This document shows positions 10,449 to 20,316 of a stretch of DNA of 64,000 nt, one piece after another. The translations under genes and the position numbers were made by a program. The DNA lies in the NCBI GenBank assembly GCA_963675755.2, contig CAXXMD010000002.1:1248001-1312000 (forward strand). Direction: 5' to 3'. This DNA comes from a bacterium. Its GTDB lineage: Bacteria > Zhuqueibacterota > Zhuqueibacteria > Residuimicrobiales > Krinioviventaceae. Each line of letters starts with the position of its first letter. Position 1 is the stretch's first letter. Under the pieces are notes generated by a model that saw only the letters and a program-made list of their open reading frames with translations, did no database searches and had not been told where the DNA came from.

Positions 10449-11348
10449 TTAAAAAATAATGTGTTCTTTATCTTTAACACCAAACTCCATACGGTAAACA
10501 TATGCATGTTCAAGATTCGGTTCGATGGGCTTTCCGGGGAAATCGTTCAACTCTTCACCTACGATCTGAACTTCCCAGCCATTGTCTGATGGTATTGTTG
10601 AAATAACCGGATACTTTTCTTTGATCCCTTCAAGCTCCTGGTCCAAAGCTTCAATAGCCCATACATGACCGCGGCATTCCTCGATTAACAGCTCGGGTGA
10701 ATCATTAAAGATGACTTGTCCCTTGTTCAACAGAGCCATATCCGTACAGGTACTGGAAATATCGCCTACAATATGAGTAGAGAGAATAATAATTACATCC
10801 TGTGTACTTAGCTCGGAAAGTAAATTTCGAAAACGAATGCGTTCCTCAGGATCAAGACCTGTTGTAGGTTCATCAACAATGATAATTTTAGGTGTGCCAA
10901 TCAAAGCCTGAGCAATACCCAACCGACGTTTCATACCACCAGAGAGTTTGGTTGCCTGTCTGTCACGTACCTGAAATAACCCAACACGTTCCAGCATTTC
11001 ATCGACGGCGCTCATGCGTTCGGTTTTCTTTTTTAAACCGGCAAGGCAGCCTACATAATCAAGAAATTCCCAGGTCCTTAAACGTGATACCACCTGAAAA
11101 TCCTGTGGAAGGTAGCCCAGAACCGCACGGATTTCTTTTCGGTTCTTTTGCAGGTCCCAGTCATTCACCTTGACGACACCCTTACTGGGCTTTAACAAGG
11201 TCACCAAAATACGCATAAGAGATGTTTTACCTGCCCCATTGGGGCCCAATAAACCAAACATCCCGTTATCAATTTCAAGGTTAACATTGCTTAAAGCCTG
11301 ATGTCCATTTTTGTAGATTTGAGCAAGATTTTGGATAGAAATGTGCAT
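10449..11348 (-). CDS. ABC transporter ATP-binding protein
   Basis: Walker A GPNGAGKT, signature LSGGM, Walker B IIIVDEPT, H-loop STH. Confidence 0.95.
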   Translation of the reverse strand: MHISIQNLAQIYKNGHQALSNVNLEIDNGMFGLLGPNGAGKTSLMRILVTLLKPSKGVVKVNDWDLQKNRKEIRAVLGYLPQDFQVVSRLRTWEFLDYVGCLAGLKKKTERMSAVDEMLERVGLFQVRDRQATKLSGGMKRRLGIAQALIGTPKIIIVDEPTTGLDPEERIRFRNLLSELSTQDVIIILSTHIVGDISSTCTDMALLNKGQVIFNDSPELLIEECRGHVWAIEALDQELEGIKEKYPVISTIPSDNGWEVQIVGEELNDFPGKPIEPNLEHAYVYRMEFGVKDKEHIIF

Positions 11349-11451
11349 AATCAAGTCTTTATATTAGAGATGATATAAAATTACCTGAAAGTTGGAATCC
11401 CAAATGGATTTCTGTAAATAATAACGGTTAGTTGAAATAAAAGTTCTAAAA

Positions 11452-11484
11452 AAAATAAAAAAAATCCCGCTCGAAAGCGGGATT
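11452..11484 (-). terminator. Rho-independent terminator after the LOG gene
   Basis: Minus strand AATCCCGCT-TTCG-AGCGGGATT followed by a long T tract. Confidence 0.85.
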
Positions 11485-11492
11485 AAAAATTT

Positions 11493-12374
11493 TTACCAAT
11501 GCCAGTATTTTCGTTTGCCAACAAATTCTTTTTCAAAATGTTTTCTCAGTGTGATAAAAGCATCTTCAACATCGTCAACAAAAGTGAAAAGATTCAGATC
11601 TTCAGCATTGATGACTCCCCAGTCAACAAGTTTGTCAAAATTTATAATACTTTTCCAGTAATCAGTACCATAAACAATAACACTCAGAGGCTTTTTAACT
11701 TTTTCGGTTTGTCTTAATGTCAGCAATTCAAAAAGCTCATCAAATGTACCAAATCCACCCGGAAAAACCACCAGCGCTTTGGCTGTATATACAAACCAGA
11801 ACTTGCGCATGAAAAAGTAATGAAAATCAAAAGACAAATGTGGTGTAATATATGGATTCGGATCCTGCTCCATTGGCAAGCTGATATTAAAGCCAACAGT
11901 TTTGCCACCTGCTTCAGCAGCGCCACGGTTTGCAGCTTCCATAATTCCCGGGCCACCACCAGAGCAAACCATGAATCGCTGTTTCTCATCGAGATCCAAT
12001 GACCATTTTGTCAATTGATATGCAAGCTGTCTGGCGTCTTCATAATAGCGGGACATTTCAAGGCCTTGCTTGGCGGTAAACAGTTTTTTTTCAATTTCTG
12101 CTTTATCCCCGTTACCATTGCCCGCTGCAATCTCGGCTTCTATCGTTTTGAGATTTTTATCAGCATCTGCATGTGAAGGGATTCTTGCTGAACCATAAAA
12201 TACAACGGTATCTTTGATGTCATAATGGCGCAGACGGCTCGCCGGTTCAAGATATTCCGCAAGAATGCGGATAGTTCTGGCATCCGCACTGTTTAAAAAT
12301 TTTGAATTTTTATACGCTTTGGTATATTCAAAAGCTTCATCATCATGCATTGCAGAGTGATCAGTTTTATCCAT
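11493..12374 (-). CDS. LOG family protein (TIGR00730-like nucleotide phosphoribohydrolase)
   Basis: Motifs VFYGSAR, SGGGPGIMEAANRGA, FHYFFMRK and PGGFGTFDE. Confidence 0.92.
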   Translation of the reverse strand: MDKTDHSAMHDDEAFEYTKAYKNSKFLNSADARTIRILAEYLEPASRLRHYDIKDTVVFYGSARIPSHADADKNLKTIEAEIAAGNGNGDKAEIEKKLFTAKQGLEMSRYYEDARQLAYQLTKWSLDLDEKQRFMVCSGGGPGIMEAANRGAAEAGGKTVGFNISLPMEQDPNPYITPHLSFDFHYFFMRKFWFVYTAKALVVFPGGFGTFDELFELLTLRQTEKVKKPLSVIVYGTDYWKSIINFDKLVDWGVINAEDLNLFTFVDDVEDAFITLRKHFEKEFVGKRKYWHW

Positions 12375-12393
12375 AAAAAAACCTTTCTTTCGG

Positions 12394-13155
12394 TTAAAAA
12401 TTCCTCATCAACCAGATCAATGTCTGGCGTATTGCTTGCCTGCGATGATTAGAGGTTTGAAATGTATGTCCTGCTTCGGGTATTTCCATAAAATCTGCAG
12501 GAGGAACAACAATATCTCTGAATTTATGAAATCCCTCAACAAATACGGGATTATCAGCGGTACCCTGTAATATAAATTTGGGTATTGCTATCTCTTTTAA
12601 CGAGTCTCTCACATCATACGTTAGTGCGTCAAGCATAAAATCTTTATGAATTCTCCACCCATTGTAATCAATTACTGTAATATCATTTTCAACAGCTTTC
12701 TGAAATTCAGATGTTTTGTCTTTAAAAATCTCCTGCATATCTGGTACCGATGACCATAATACGAGTGCTTGAATATCCAGATCTTTGGCAGTAAGAATAG
12801 CGGTAGCCGCTCCCATGCTGATTCCTAATACAGCTATTTGAGAATATCCTTTTTGCTGAATAAAAGCAAAAGCATCACGCAGGTTTTGAATATTGATAGA
12901 CACACGGGTTTCTTCAAAATCACCATCACTGTCTCCCGAACCATAAAAGTCAAAACGCAAAACATCACAATGCTGCTCTGCATATATTCTTGCAGCTTCT
13001 ACATATAATCTTTTATTTTCAATTTTACTTCCGGTAAAGCCATGACACATGATCAACGCCTTTTCATGACCGGCGGTATGCATTATACCAACTAGCTGAC
13101 TGTTGTCACTGATGAATGTTACAGGCGTTTCTGTTGTTTTTTTCTTTTTAGCCAT
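12394..13155 (-). CDS. Alpha/beta-fold hydrolase (esterase-like)
   Basis: HGF oxyanion motif, GISMG nucleophile elbow, QGTAD acid and AGHTF histidine. Confidence 0.88.
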   Translation of the reverse strand: MAKKKKTTETPVTFISDNSQLVGIMHTAGHEKALIMCHGFTGSKIENKRLYVEAARIYAEQHCDVLRFDFYGSGDSDGDFEETRVSINIQNLRDAFAFIQQKGYSQIAVLGISMGAATAILTAKDLDIQALVLWSSVPDMQEIFKDKTSEFQKAVENDITVIDYNGWRIHKDFMLDALTYDVRDSLKEIAIPKFILQGTADNPVFVEGFHKFRDIVVPPADFMEIPEAGHTFQTSNHRRQAIRQTLIWLMRNF

Positions 13156-13170
13156 AAATATACAATCCGA

Positions 13171-14427
13171 TTACTTGAATTTTTCCGCAACAACCTGACT
13201 GATATGCTTGACCTGTACCGGCATTTTATTTTTTCTGGTACCAAATGCCAACTGCATTACACATGCAGGACAGGCTGTTACAAGCACATCTGCTTCTGTT
13301 GTCTTGACATTATCCATTTTTATATCAAGTATTTCAAAAGACATTTCAGGATGCGCAATATTATAAGATCCCGCTCCACCGCAACACATGTCTGCTTTAT
13401 CCATTTCAACGTAATCAACATGAGATAGATTTTGCAATATATCACGAGGCGCTTTTCTTTCTTTTAAATGATGCGCCAAATGACAAGGATCGTGATAGGT
13501 CATTTTGGTCATTCTCCCATTTGTGGGAAATTCAACATCATTAATATTTTCATTTATCCAGTTGGTCATATCTTTAAACTTGGCAGCAACTATTTCTGCT
13601 CTTTTTTTCAAATCAGAATTTTCAGTAATTTCAGCGTAACTTTTAATAAATGACGAACAGCTACCGCAATCGCTAATAATTACATCGGCATCTGTTTTCT
13701 CAAGGATTTCAATATTCTTTTCAGCAAACCATTGAACCGAGTCGAGATCTCCGTATGCATATGCAGGCAAACCACAGCAGACATTATCCAAAATCTCTAC
13801 ATCATAACCAAAATTTTGCATTACTTTGATACTTGCTTCACCAATATCTGGTTGTGCGTAATTAATACCACAACCACTAAAGTAAGCGATCTTGCCTTTA
13901 GCATTGGGAACTGTTATATTTTTTTCTCCCATGCGTTCACGAAGATTTTTAAAAGGAATCTTTTCCAACAATTGTTCAGCATTGGCAAGGTTTCGTCCAA
14001 ACCATCCTAATACTCTAAATACCTGAACAATTCTAGACAGGCCGCTGTTTTTACCAACGGATACAAGTTTCAGCAAATTAGCCAACTCTTTGGGATGGCG
14101 TAATAAATGTTTAAATATATACTTTTGTAAAGCCGGTTGGCCATATTTTTTTATATATTCATGTCTTGCATGCGCAATTACATGATCAGTCTTGACTGAT
14201 GGAAAACAATTGCTGTAACAGGCGTTACACATTAAACATTCGAATATCATCTCTTTGGTATCACGGGTTAATTCGATCTTGTTCTCAATGATACCGCGAA
14301 CCAATTGGTGCCTGCCCCGTGCTACCTGATGTTCTTTACCTGATACAACAAATGTAGGACAAGTGGGTTGACAAAATCCACATTTACTGCATGATATTAC
14401 ATCATTATATACATTCTCTATCGACAC
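13171..14427 (-). CDS. glcF: Glycolate/D-lactate dehydrogenase Fe-S subunit GlcF
   Basis: Two CxxCxxCxxxC motifs and two CCG domains (VCCGLP, YHDPCHL, MCCGGAG, TACPAC). GTG start. Confidence 0.9.
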   Translation of the reverse strand: MSIENVYNDVISCSKCGFCQPTCPTFVVSGKEHQVARGRHQLVRGIIENKIELTRDTKEMIFECLMCNACYSNCFPSVKTDHVIAHARHEYIKKYGQPALQKYIFKHLLRHPKELANLLKLVSVGKNSGLSRIVQVFRVLGWFGRNLANAEQLLEKIPFKNLRERMGEKNITVPNAKGKIAYFSGCGINYAQPDIGEASIKVMQNFGYDVEILDNVCCGLPAYAYGDLDSVQWFAEKNIEILEKTDADVIISDCGSCSSFIKSYAEITENSDLKKRAEIVAAKFKDMTNWINENINDVEFPTNGRMTKMTYHDPCHLAHHLKERKAPRDILQNLSHVDYVEMDKADMCCGGAGSYNIAHPEMSFEILDIKMDNVKTTEADVLVTACPACVMQLAFGTRKNKMPVQVKHISQVVAEKFK

Positions 14428-14442
14428 GTTAACTACCTCTTG

Positions 14443-15696
14443 CTATATTCCATCAATAAACCGTCCACCAACAAACACACCTTGTGGATCAAATTCCTGT
14501 TTCAGCTTTCTGTGCCAAATGGTCTGATCAGGTTTGACATCCCAGGCATCACATGGTTTCTCTGCAAAATCGGGTCCATTAAAACATAAAAACTTACCTT
14601 CAAGATTATGCGCATGATTACGTAATTCTTGCAGAGTTTCTAATGTAAAACTATTTTTATCAATCCGGGCCAAAACAATACCTTTTCCCGGATAGCTTTC
14701 AATCTGCTGTGCAGAAAAACCAGCATCATTATGTAATTGCTCCAAAACATCGGCAACTTTAGAAACAGGTACAATCGATTTTAAAAGTGCTTCTTTTTCA
14801 ATATCCAATTTTGTTGGTTGAATAGATTGCAGATATTCATCCCATGATAAAACTTTTAGCTTTTCTGTACTGAACATGGCTTCCAGTTTTTTCTGATAAA
14901 ATGCTTTTTCATCAGAAATGCATCCACATTCAATAACAATAGATGCTTTACCCTCTTTTTCAACACAATTAAAAGCCAATAATGGCAAAGCACTGGTATT
15001 TACCAGTTTCTGTACTGGCAGCAAATCTTTTGGAGAGTTGATATCCATTTCAACAACCAGCACAATCTCCGGGATGGGTGACAACTTTAATGTCAATTCC
15101 GTAACAACTCCCAGAGTACCCATTGCACCTATGAATAGTTTGGCCATATCATAACCGGCAACATTTTTTACAGTCTTGCCGCCAAAACGTATCTTGCTGC
15201 CATCTGCCAATACCGCGCGACCGCCTAATACCAGATCACGAAATGTACCGTAACCTTCGATCCAACTTGAATAATGATTTGCAGAAACCAATCCGCCAAG
15301 CGTTGCATCTCCAGCATCCGGATTTATTGGCAGGAACAGTCCTTTTTCCCCGACAATTCTTTGCAGTTCATTATATGTCATTCCACTGCCAACACTGATT
15401 GTGAGATTGTCGGGTTCAAATTCAGTCACACTATTCAACAAACGTGTGGATAAAGTTATATCATATCTATCAAGCGGATTTCCAAGGATTTGATGCTGTC
15501 CATTACCCCAGATATTAACAGTAGAGCCGGAATTCCTGCATTCTGCAAGCAATTCAGCAATTTGGTCTACATTTTCCGGTTCAATAACAGCAAAAGGAGA
15601 TTTGTTTTTTACTGAAAATTTGTTACAGGTTTCCTGATCGAGGTATATGTGTTTATGTTGAAAATTTTCAATCAAAGCTCGGGTATCATCACGCAT
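14443..15696 (-). CDS. glcE: FAD-binding oxidoreductase subunit GlcE
   Basis: Motifs ATLGGLV, GGKTVKNVAGYDMAKLFIGAMGTLG and KQEFDP; lies between glcD and glcF. Confidence 0.88.
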   Translation of the reverse strand: MRDDTRALIENFQHKHIYLDQETCNKFSVKNKSPFAVIEPENVDQIAELLAECRNSGSTVNIWGNGQHQILGNPLDRYDITLSTRLLNSVTEFEPDNLTISVGSGMTYNELQRIVGEKGLFLPINPDAGDATLGGLVSANHYSSWIEGYGTFRDLVLGGRAVLADGSKIRFGGKTVKNVAGYDMAKLFIGAMGTLGVVTELTLKLSPIPEIVLVVEMDINSPKDLLPVQKLVNTSALPLLAFNCVEKEGKASIVIECGCISDEKAFYQKKLEAMFSTEKLKVLSWDEYLQSIQPTKLDIEKEALLKSIVPVSKVADVLEQLHNDAGFSAQQIESYPGKGIVLARIDKNSFTLETLQELRNHAHNLEGKFLCFNGPDFAEKPCDAWDVKPDQTIWHRKLKQEFDPQGVFVGGRFIDGI

Positions 15697-15715
15697 TAAA
15701 TTGACCTTATTCTAT

Positions 15716-17095
15716 CTAACCTTGTACAAATATTTTTCCGGGATTACAGAGTTCTGATGGATCAAAAACCTGCTTTACCTGCTTCATGGCATTCAGATCC
15801 TGATCATTAAACAAATATTGCATTGCTTTTCGTTTTTCCATTCCAACGCCATGCTCACCCGTTATTGTTCCACCCAGATCTACACACAATTGCATAATCT
15901 TTTCGCAACCTTGCATGACTCTGGCGGTTTCCTGTTCATCGCGTTCATCATAAACAATAATGGGATGTATATTACCATCACCGGCATGTAACAACGTACC
16001 GTATTGCAGATCATATTCTTTACAAATCTTGTCAATCTCTATCAGAGCCGTTGGAAGCTGATTGCGGGGTACGGTTCCATCAAACACCACAAGCGATGGA
16101 TTCAAGCGCGTCATGGCTCCAAGTGCTCCGCGTCTGCCTGCCCACAATGCGTTTCGTTCTTCATCGTTACCAGCTAATCGGATTTCACCTGCATGATTAT
16201 CACGACATATTTGTGTTATCACATCTACCTGTTTGGCCAGATTTTGGGCGAATCCATCTACTTCAATAATCAGAATTGCTGCAGCATCTACAGGATAATC
16301 CACATTCAAAGATTTTACTACAGTCCTGATACACAAATTATCCATATATTCCAGCGTTGCGGGTATAATTCCACGGGCAATAATATCAGACACTGCCTGT
16401 GCGGCATGCTCAATATCATTAAATGAAACCAGCAGCGTTTCAAGACTTTCCGGTTTGGGTTGAATATGTAGAAACAATTTGGTTACAATACCCAATGTTC
16501 CTTCAGAACCATTCATAATACCAACCAAATCATAACCCTGAGATTCAAAGGTTTTTCCGCCAAACTGCACGGTTTCACCATTTGGTAGCACCATTTCTAA
16601 TCCCATAACATGGTTAACCGTAACACCATATTTTAAACAATGAGGACCACCGGCGTTCATGGCAACGTTTCCGGCCAAGGTAGAAACTTTTTGGCTCGCA
16701 GGATCAGGAGCAAAGAAAAATCCATGTTTGCTCAATGCATTTTGTAATTCAAGATTAAAAACTCCCGGTTCAACTACTGCTACCCGATTTTCAATATCAA
16801 TCTCGAGTATCTTGTTCAACTTGGAACACTCAATTACAATGCCACCCTTTTCTGCAATTGATCCTCCACACAAGTTTGTGGCAGATCCTCTTGCAATATA
16901 GGGTATTTTTTCAGAAACAGCGAGTTGTACAATTTGTTTTATATGTTCTGCTTTCAATGGAAAAACAACAACATCCGGTTTGCCCAGTTCTATACTTGCG
17001 TCAAATCCATAAAGAAACAGGTCCAGGTCTTTATATAAAACATTTTCTTTGCCGCAAATTGATTTTAATCTTTTTAAGACAGACTTTTCCAGCAT
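15716..17095 (-). CDS. glcD: FAD-linked glycolate oxidase subunit GlcD
   Basis: Motifs FFAPDPAS, NAGGPHCLKYGVT, GSEGTLG, HAGDGNIHP and GEHGVG. Confidence 0.93.
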   Translation of the reverse strand: MLEKSVLKRLKSICGKENVLYKDLDLFLYGFDASIELGKPDVVVFPLKAEHIKQIVQLAVSEKIPYIARGSATNLCGGSIAEKGGIVIECSKLNKILEIDIENRVAVVEPGVFNLELQNALSKHGFFFAPDPASQKVSTLAGNVAMNAGGPHCLKYGVTVNHVMGLEMVLPNGETVQFGGKTFESQGYDLVGIMNGSEGTLGIVTKLFLHIQPKPESLETLLVSFNDIEHAAQAVSDIIARGIIPATLEYMDNLCIRTVVKSLNVDYPVDAAAILIIEVDGFAQNLAKQVDVITQICRDNHAGEIRLAGNDEERNALWAGRRGALGAMTRLNPSLVVFDGTVPRNQLPTALIEIDKICKEYDLQYGTLLHAGDGNIHPIIVYDERDEQETARVMQGCEKIMQLCVDLGGTITGEHGVGMEKRKAMQYLFNDQDLNAMKQVKQVFDPSELCNPGKIFVQG

Positions 17096-17124
17096 TACGT
17101 TCTTTCTTTTATAATTGATTTACA

Positions 17125-17153
17125 AATATAACAAGCATGTGACAGGAAAACAA
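17125..17153 (-). promoter_or_regulatory. Putative housekeeping-sigma promoter of the glcDEF operon
   Basis: Minus strand TTGTTT-N17-TATATT with an extended TGn element, in the 63-nt gap upstream of glcD. Confidence 0.55.
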
Positions 17154-17158
17154 GCGCT

Positions 17159-17875
17159 TTATAATTTACCAAAAAGACTCTGAAATTTTAATTTCCAGAC
17201 CATCCAGATAGCTTCGCGAAGTATTTTTTTAGACATCTTGGAAATACCGGCACGACGATCAAGGAAAATGATAGGAATTTCACCCAGTGTAAATCCTTTT
17301 TTCCATGCCTTGTAACTCATTTCAATCTGAAATGAATACCCATTAGATGTTACTTTATCTAGATCAATTGATTCCAATACTTTACGATTAAAACATTTAA
17401 AACCGCTTGTACAATCATGAAGGGGTAAACCGGTAATAATGCGGGTATATAAACTAGCGCCCATACTTAATAAAAGCCGGCTCAATGGCCAGTTGATAAC
17501 ATTAACTCCATTCACATAACGTGAACCCATAACCAGATCATAATCTTTTGCAGCATTGATCAGGTTTGGCAATTCTTTGGGATCATGTGAAAAATCAGCA
17601 TCCATTTCGATCATGTAATCATAATCGCGTTCCAGAGCATATTTGAAGCCGGCAACGTATGCTGTACCTAATCCTTGTTTGCCTTCCCGGCTCATCAGGT
17701 GAATTCGGGGATCATTTTCAGATAAACGGGTTACCAAATCGCCTGTACCATCGGGAGAATTGTCATCTACAATGAGGATGTCAAGATCTTTAATATTTTG
17801 TTCAAATACGGCAGAGACCAGGTTTTCTATATTTTCCCGTTCATTATAGGTTGGAACAATAACCAATGTTTTCAA
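17159..17875 (-). CDS. Polyprenol-monophosphomannose synthase (GT2, Ppm1/DPM1-like)
   Basis: Motifs IVPTYNERENI, VDDNSPDGTG, GLGTAY, EMDADFSHDP, DCTSGFKC, GYSFQIE and GISKMS. Confidence 0.92.
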   Translation of the reverse strand: MKTLVIVPTYNERENIENLVSAVFEQNIKDLDILIVDDNSPDGTGDLVTRLSENDPRIHLMSREGKQGLGTAYVAGFKYALERDYDYMIEMDADFSHDPKELPNLINAAKDYDLVMGSRYVNGVNVINWPLSRLLLSMGASLYTRIITGLPLHDCTSGFKCFNRKVLESIDLDKVTSNGYSFQIEMSYKAWKKGFTLGEIPIIFLDRRAGISKMSKKILREAIWMVWKLKFQSLFGKL

Positions 17876-17893
17876 AGGCTACTCCGCGGTAAA

Positions 17894-18778
17894 TTAATAT
17901 GCCATATATTTTTTCAGACCTGTTATTACATCACTGAATTTCATATTCAATTCCGATTCAGCACGTTTAACAATTAAACCTGAATTTAAAGGCCTTGGCG
18001 CAGCCTGGCCCAATTCAGCAGTTGAAATTGAATGTATTAATGATGCATCAAGCTTGTATAATTCAGCAATTTTTTGTGCAAATTCGTAGCGGTTCACAAT
18101 TTCACTACCAGCCGCATGTAATATACCTGAATATCCTGTTTGAATCACATTCCAAACGGCTATTGCAAGTTCTTCAGCAAGGGTTGTGTTTCCATATTGA
18201 TCATTTACAATTCTTACTGAATTACCCGCTTTGAGCTGTCCTACCAGCCAATCGACGAAATTGGGTCTGGTATTCAATGTGCGGCCATATAAAACCATAG
18301 TACGCAGAATGGCAAAATCGATGGTTGAGCCTAGCAATTCATTTTCTGATGCCAGCTTGCTTCTTCCATAATACCCTAATGGATTGGGACGGGCATCTTC
18401 ATCATAGGGTCCGTTTTTACCATCAAATATATAATCGGTCGATATGTGGACAAGCTTAGCTTTGAGTTTGCGTGCGCAATACGCCAGATTACTTACAAGA
18501 TCCACATTGATCTTCCAGCACGTTTCTTTATCTGTTTCAGCTGCATCAACATTGGTAAAAGCTGCAGCATTAATAATCACATCCGGAGATAATTCTTTAA
18601 TCAGTTTCCAGGCCAGGTCTCTATCGGTTAAATCAATTTTAAAATACTGATTACTTTCAAGAGTTATTCCCTTTTCTTGGATATCTATACCGATTATATT
18701 TGTATGATCCGGTTGTGAAAATAATAAATTTTGTCCAAGCAGTCCATTACATCCGGCTATCAATATTTTTTTATTCAT
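17894..18778 (-). CDS. rfbD: dTDP-4-dehydrorhamnose reductase (RmlD/RfbD family)
   Basis: Motifs GCNGLLG, NAAAFTNVDAAE, HISTDYIFDG, YGRSK and APRP. Start set at ATG 18778 (MNKKIL). Confidence 0.88.
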   Translation of the reverse strand: MNKKILIAGCNGLLGQNLLFSQPDHTNIIGIDIQEKGITLESNQYFKIDLTDRDLAWKLIKELSPDVIINAAAFTNVDAAETDKETCWKINVDLVSNLAYCARKLKAKLVHISTDYIFDGKNGPYDEDARPNPLGYYGRSKLASENELLGSTIDFAILRTMVLYGRTLNTRPNFVDWLVGQLKAGNSVRIVNDQYGNTTLAEELAIAVWNVIQTGYSGILHAAGSEIVNRYEFAQKIAELYKLDASLIHSISTAELGQAAPRPLNSGLIVKRAESELNMKFSDVITGLKKYMAY

Positions 18779-18782
18779 AGAA

Positions 18783-19241
18783 TCAGATCTTGCAGCCTTT
18801 ATCACGGAACTGTTTCAATTTTTCTTTAATACTTTCATTTGTAAGGGAAAGCATTTGTGCTACATAGATAGCAGCATTAGCGGCACCGGCTTTGCCAATT
18901 GCCATGGTAGCGACGGGTACACCCTTGGGCATTTGAACAATAGCATACAGAGCATCAACACCGTTCAATGCGGAACCTGCTAATGGTACTCCAATGACAG
19001 GCACGGTTGTCATGCTGGCAATTACACCCGGCAAGTGAGCTGCCATACCGGCACCTGCAATAATTGCAGAAAAACCACGTGCTTCTGCGTTTTTAGCAAA
19101 ATCGGCTGTTTGTTCGGGTGTACGATGCGCCGACAAAGTAAATACTTCACTTTCTATTCCAAAATATTGTAAATATTCTTTTGCAAGGGCCATAACTTCA
19201 GCATCTGAAGTACTTCCCATAACAATTGCTGCTTTAGGCAT
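18783..19241 (-). CDS. purE: N5-CAIR mutase PurE
   Basis: Motifs MGSTSD, SAHRTP, AGAGMAAHLPG, PVIGVP and VQMPKGVPVAT. Confidence 0.97.
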   Translation of the reverse strand: MPKAAIVMGSTSDAEVMALAKEYLQYFGIESEVFTLSAHRTPEQTADFAKNAEARGFSAIIAGAGMAAHLPGVIASMTTVPVIGVPLAGSALNGVDALYAIVQMPKGVPVATMAIGKAGAANAAIYVAQMLSLTNESIKEKLKQFRDKGCKI

Positions 19242-19244
19242 AAT

Positions 19245-20303
19245 TTACTCCTGTTGCTTTTTAACTTCACCTTTAGTTCTAAATGTATGTGCAACGATGT
19301 CCAAGTGTCTTAAATAGGGCCATTTTCTTTCATCCGGAGCATAGACCGAACCATCTATTAAATATAAACGCTGATCGGATTCATTATAAAATCCATAACT
19401 CCTGAACGGACCGCCGGCAACCAGGGAATCATTCTGCCAAATACCTTCCAGCTTGATAGCATAACGGTCTAAAAAGTTAACAACCTCTTCACGGACTTTG
19501 ATATTATCATCTTGATAAACTTCATCACCACTGTAATATTTTTTTGCCAACCTGGCTCTGGTTTCGAGCATCCATTCTTTACTTAAAACAGAAGGATCAT
19601 CAACCGGTTCCCAGTAAACAAAAAATTCTCGTTGGGGGCGCATTCTGCGAATCCAGACAAATCGGTCTTGATCGTTTTCCATTGCAATAAACCATTCCAA
19701 AGGAACGTCAACAGTCCAGCCATGGTTGTCCATGAGCTGTTGAACGAGTTTTTCCTGCGGCTCTCTAAAATACAACTGTTTTTTCACACGATAATTGGCA
19801 TGTTCATCATATGTATTAAAAATCAGGTTATCATCCTGTTTTAAATTTTCTATTAGAGTTGCTTTATCTTTACCAACAAGAATACCCAATATCTGATCAC
19901 GCGCCCAGGGTTCATCGTATTGAAAGAAATATCTTTCATTATTTTGAACGAGTTTTCGTGCTTCTGATTTGGAGGGCATCATTTGATCGAGAAGATTTTT
20001 AGTCTCCCCTTCCATATCCAATGTACCGATAAACAATATCTGTGCATAGCGTTCAAGGCGAGTAAATTCATTTGGAGACATTTGGTTTAATGCAAAAATG
20101 TATTCAGGTTGAGGAGTAAAACGTTCAGGAGACAAGGTACTCTTGACCTGAACTTCTATATCCTGCCATAAAACAGAGTCTACAACCACAGCAATATTTC
20201 GGGTTGTACCTCGGGATAAACTTTTTTGTTCACAGCCTGTAAAAAACATCAAGCTCAAAACAATCAGGGCTGCTCCCAGATTCATTAAATAATATTTTTT
20301 CAC
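19245..20303 (-). CDS. DUF4837-like lipoprotein
   Basis: Lipobox FTGC, with PQPE, PWARDQ, GIW...GGPF and YAPDERK...L patterns. Confidence 0.75.
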   Translation of the reverse strand: MKKYYLMNLGAALIVLSLMFFTGCEQKSLSRGTTRNIAVVVDSVLWQDIEVQVKSTLSPERFTPQPEYIFALNQMSPNEFTRLERYAQILFIGTLDMEGETKNLLDQMMPSKSEARKLVQNNERYFFQYDEPWARDQILGILVGKDKATLIENLKQDDNLIFNTYDEHANYRVKKQLYFREPQEKLVQQLMDNHGWTVDVPLEWFIAMENDQDRFVWIRRMRPQREFFVYWEPVDDPSVLSKEWMLETRARLAKKYYSGDEVYQDDNIKVREEVVNFLDRYAIKLEGIWQNDSLVAGGPFRSYGFYNESDQRLYLIDGSVYAPDERKWPYLRHLDIVAHTFRTKGEVKKQQE

Positions 20304-20316
20304 AACTAACCCCTTT

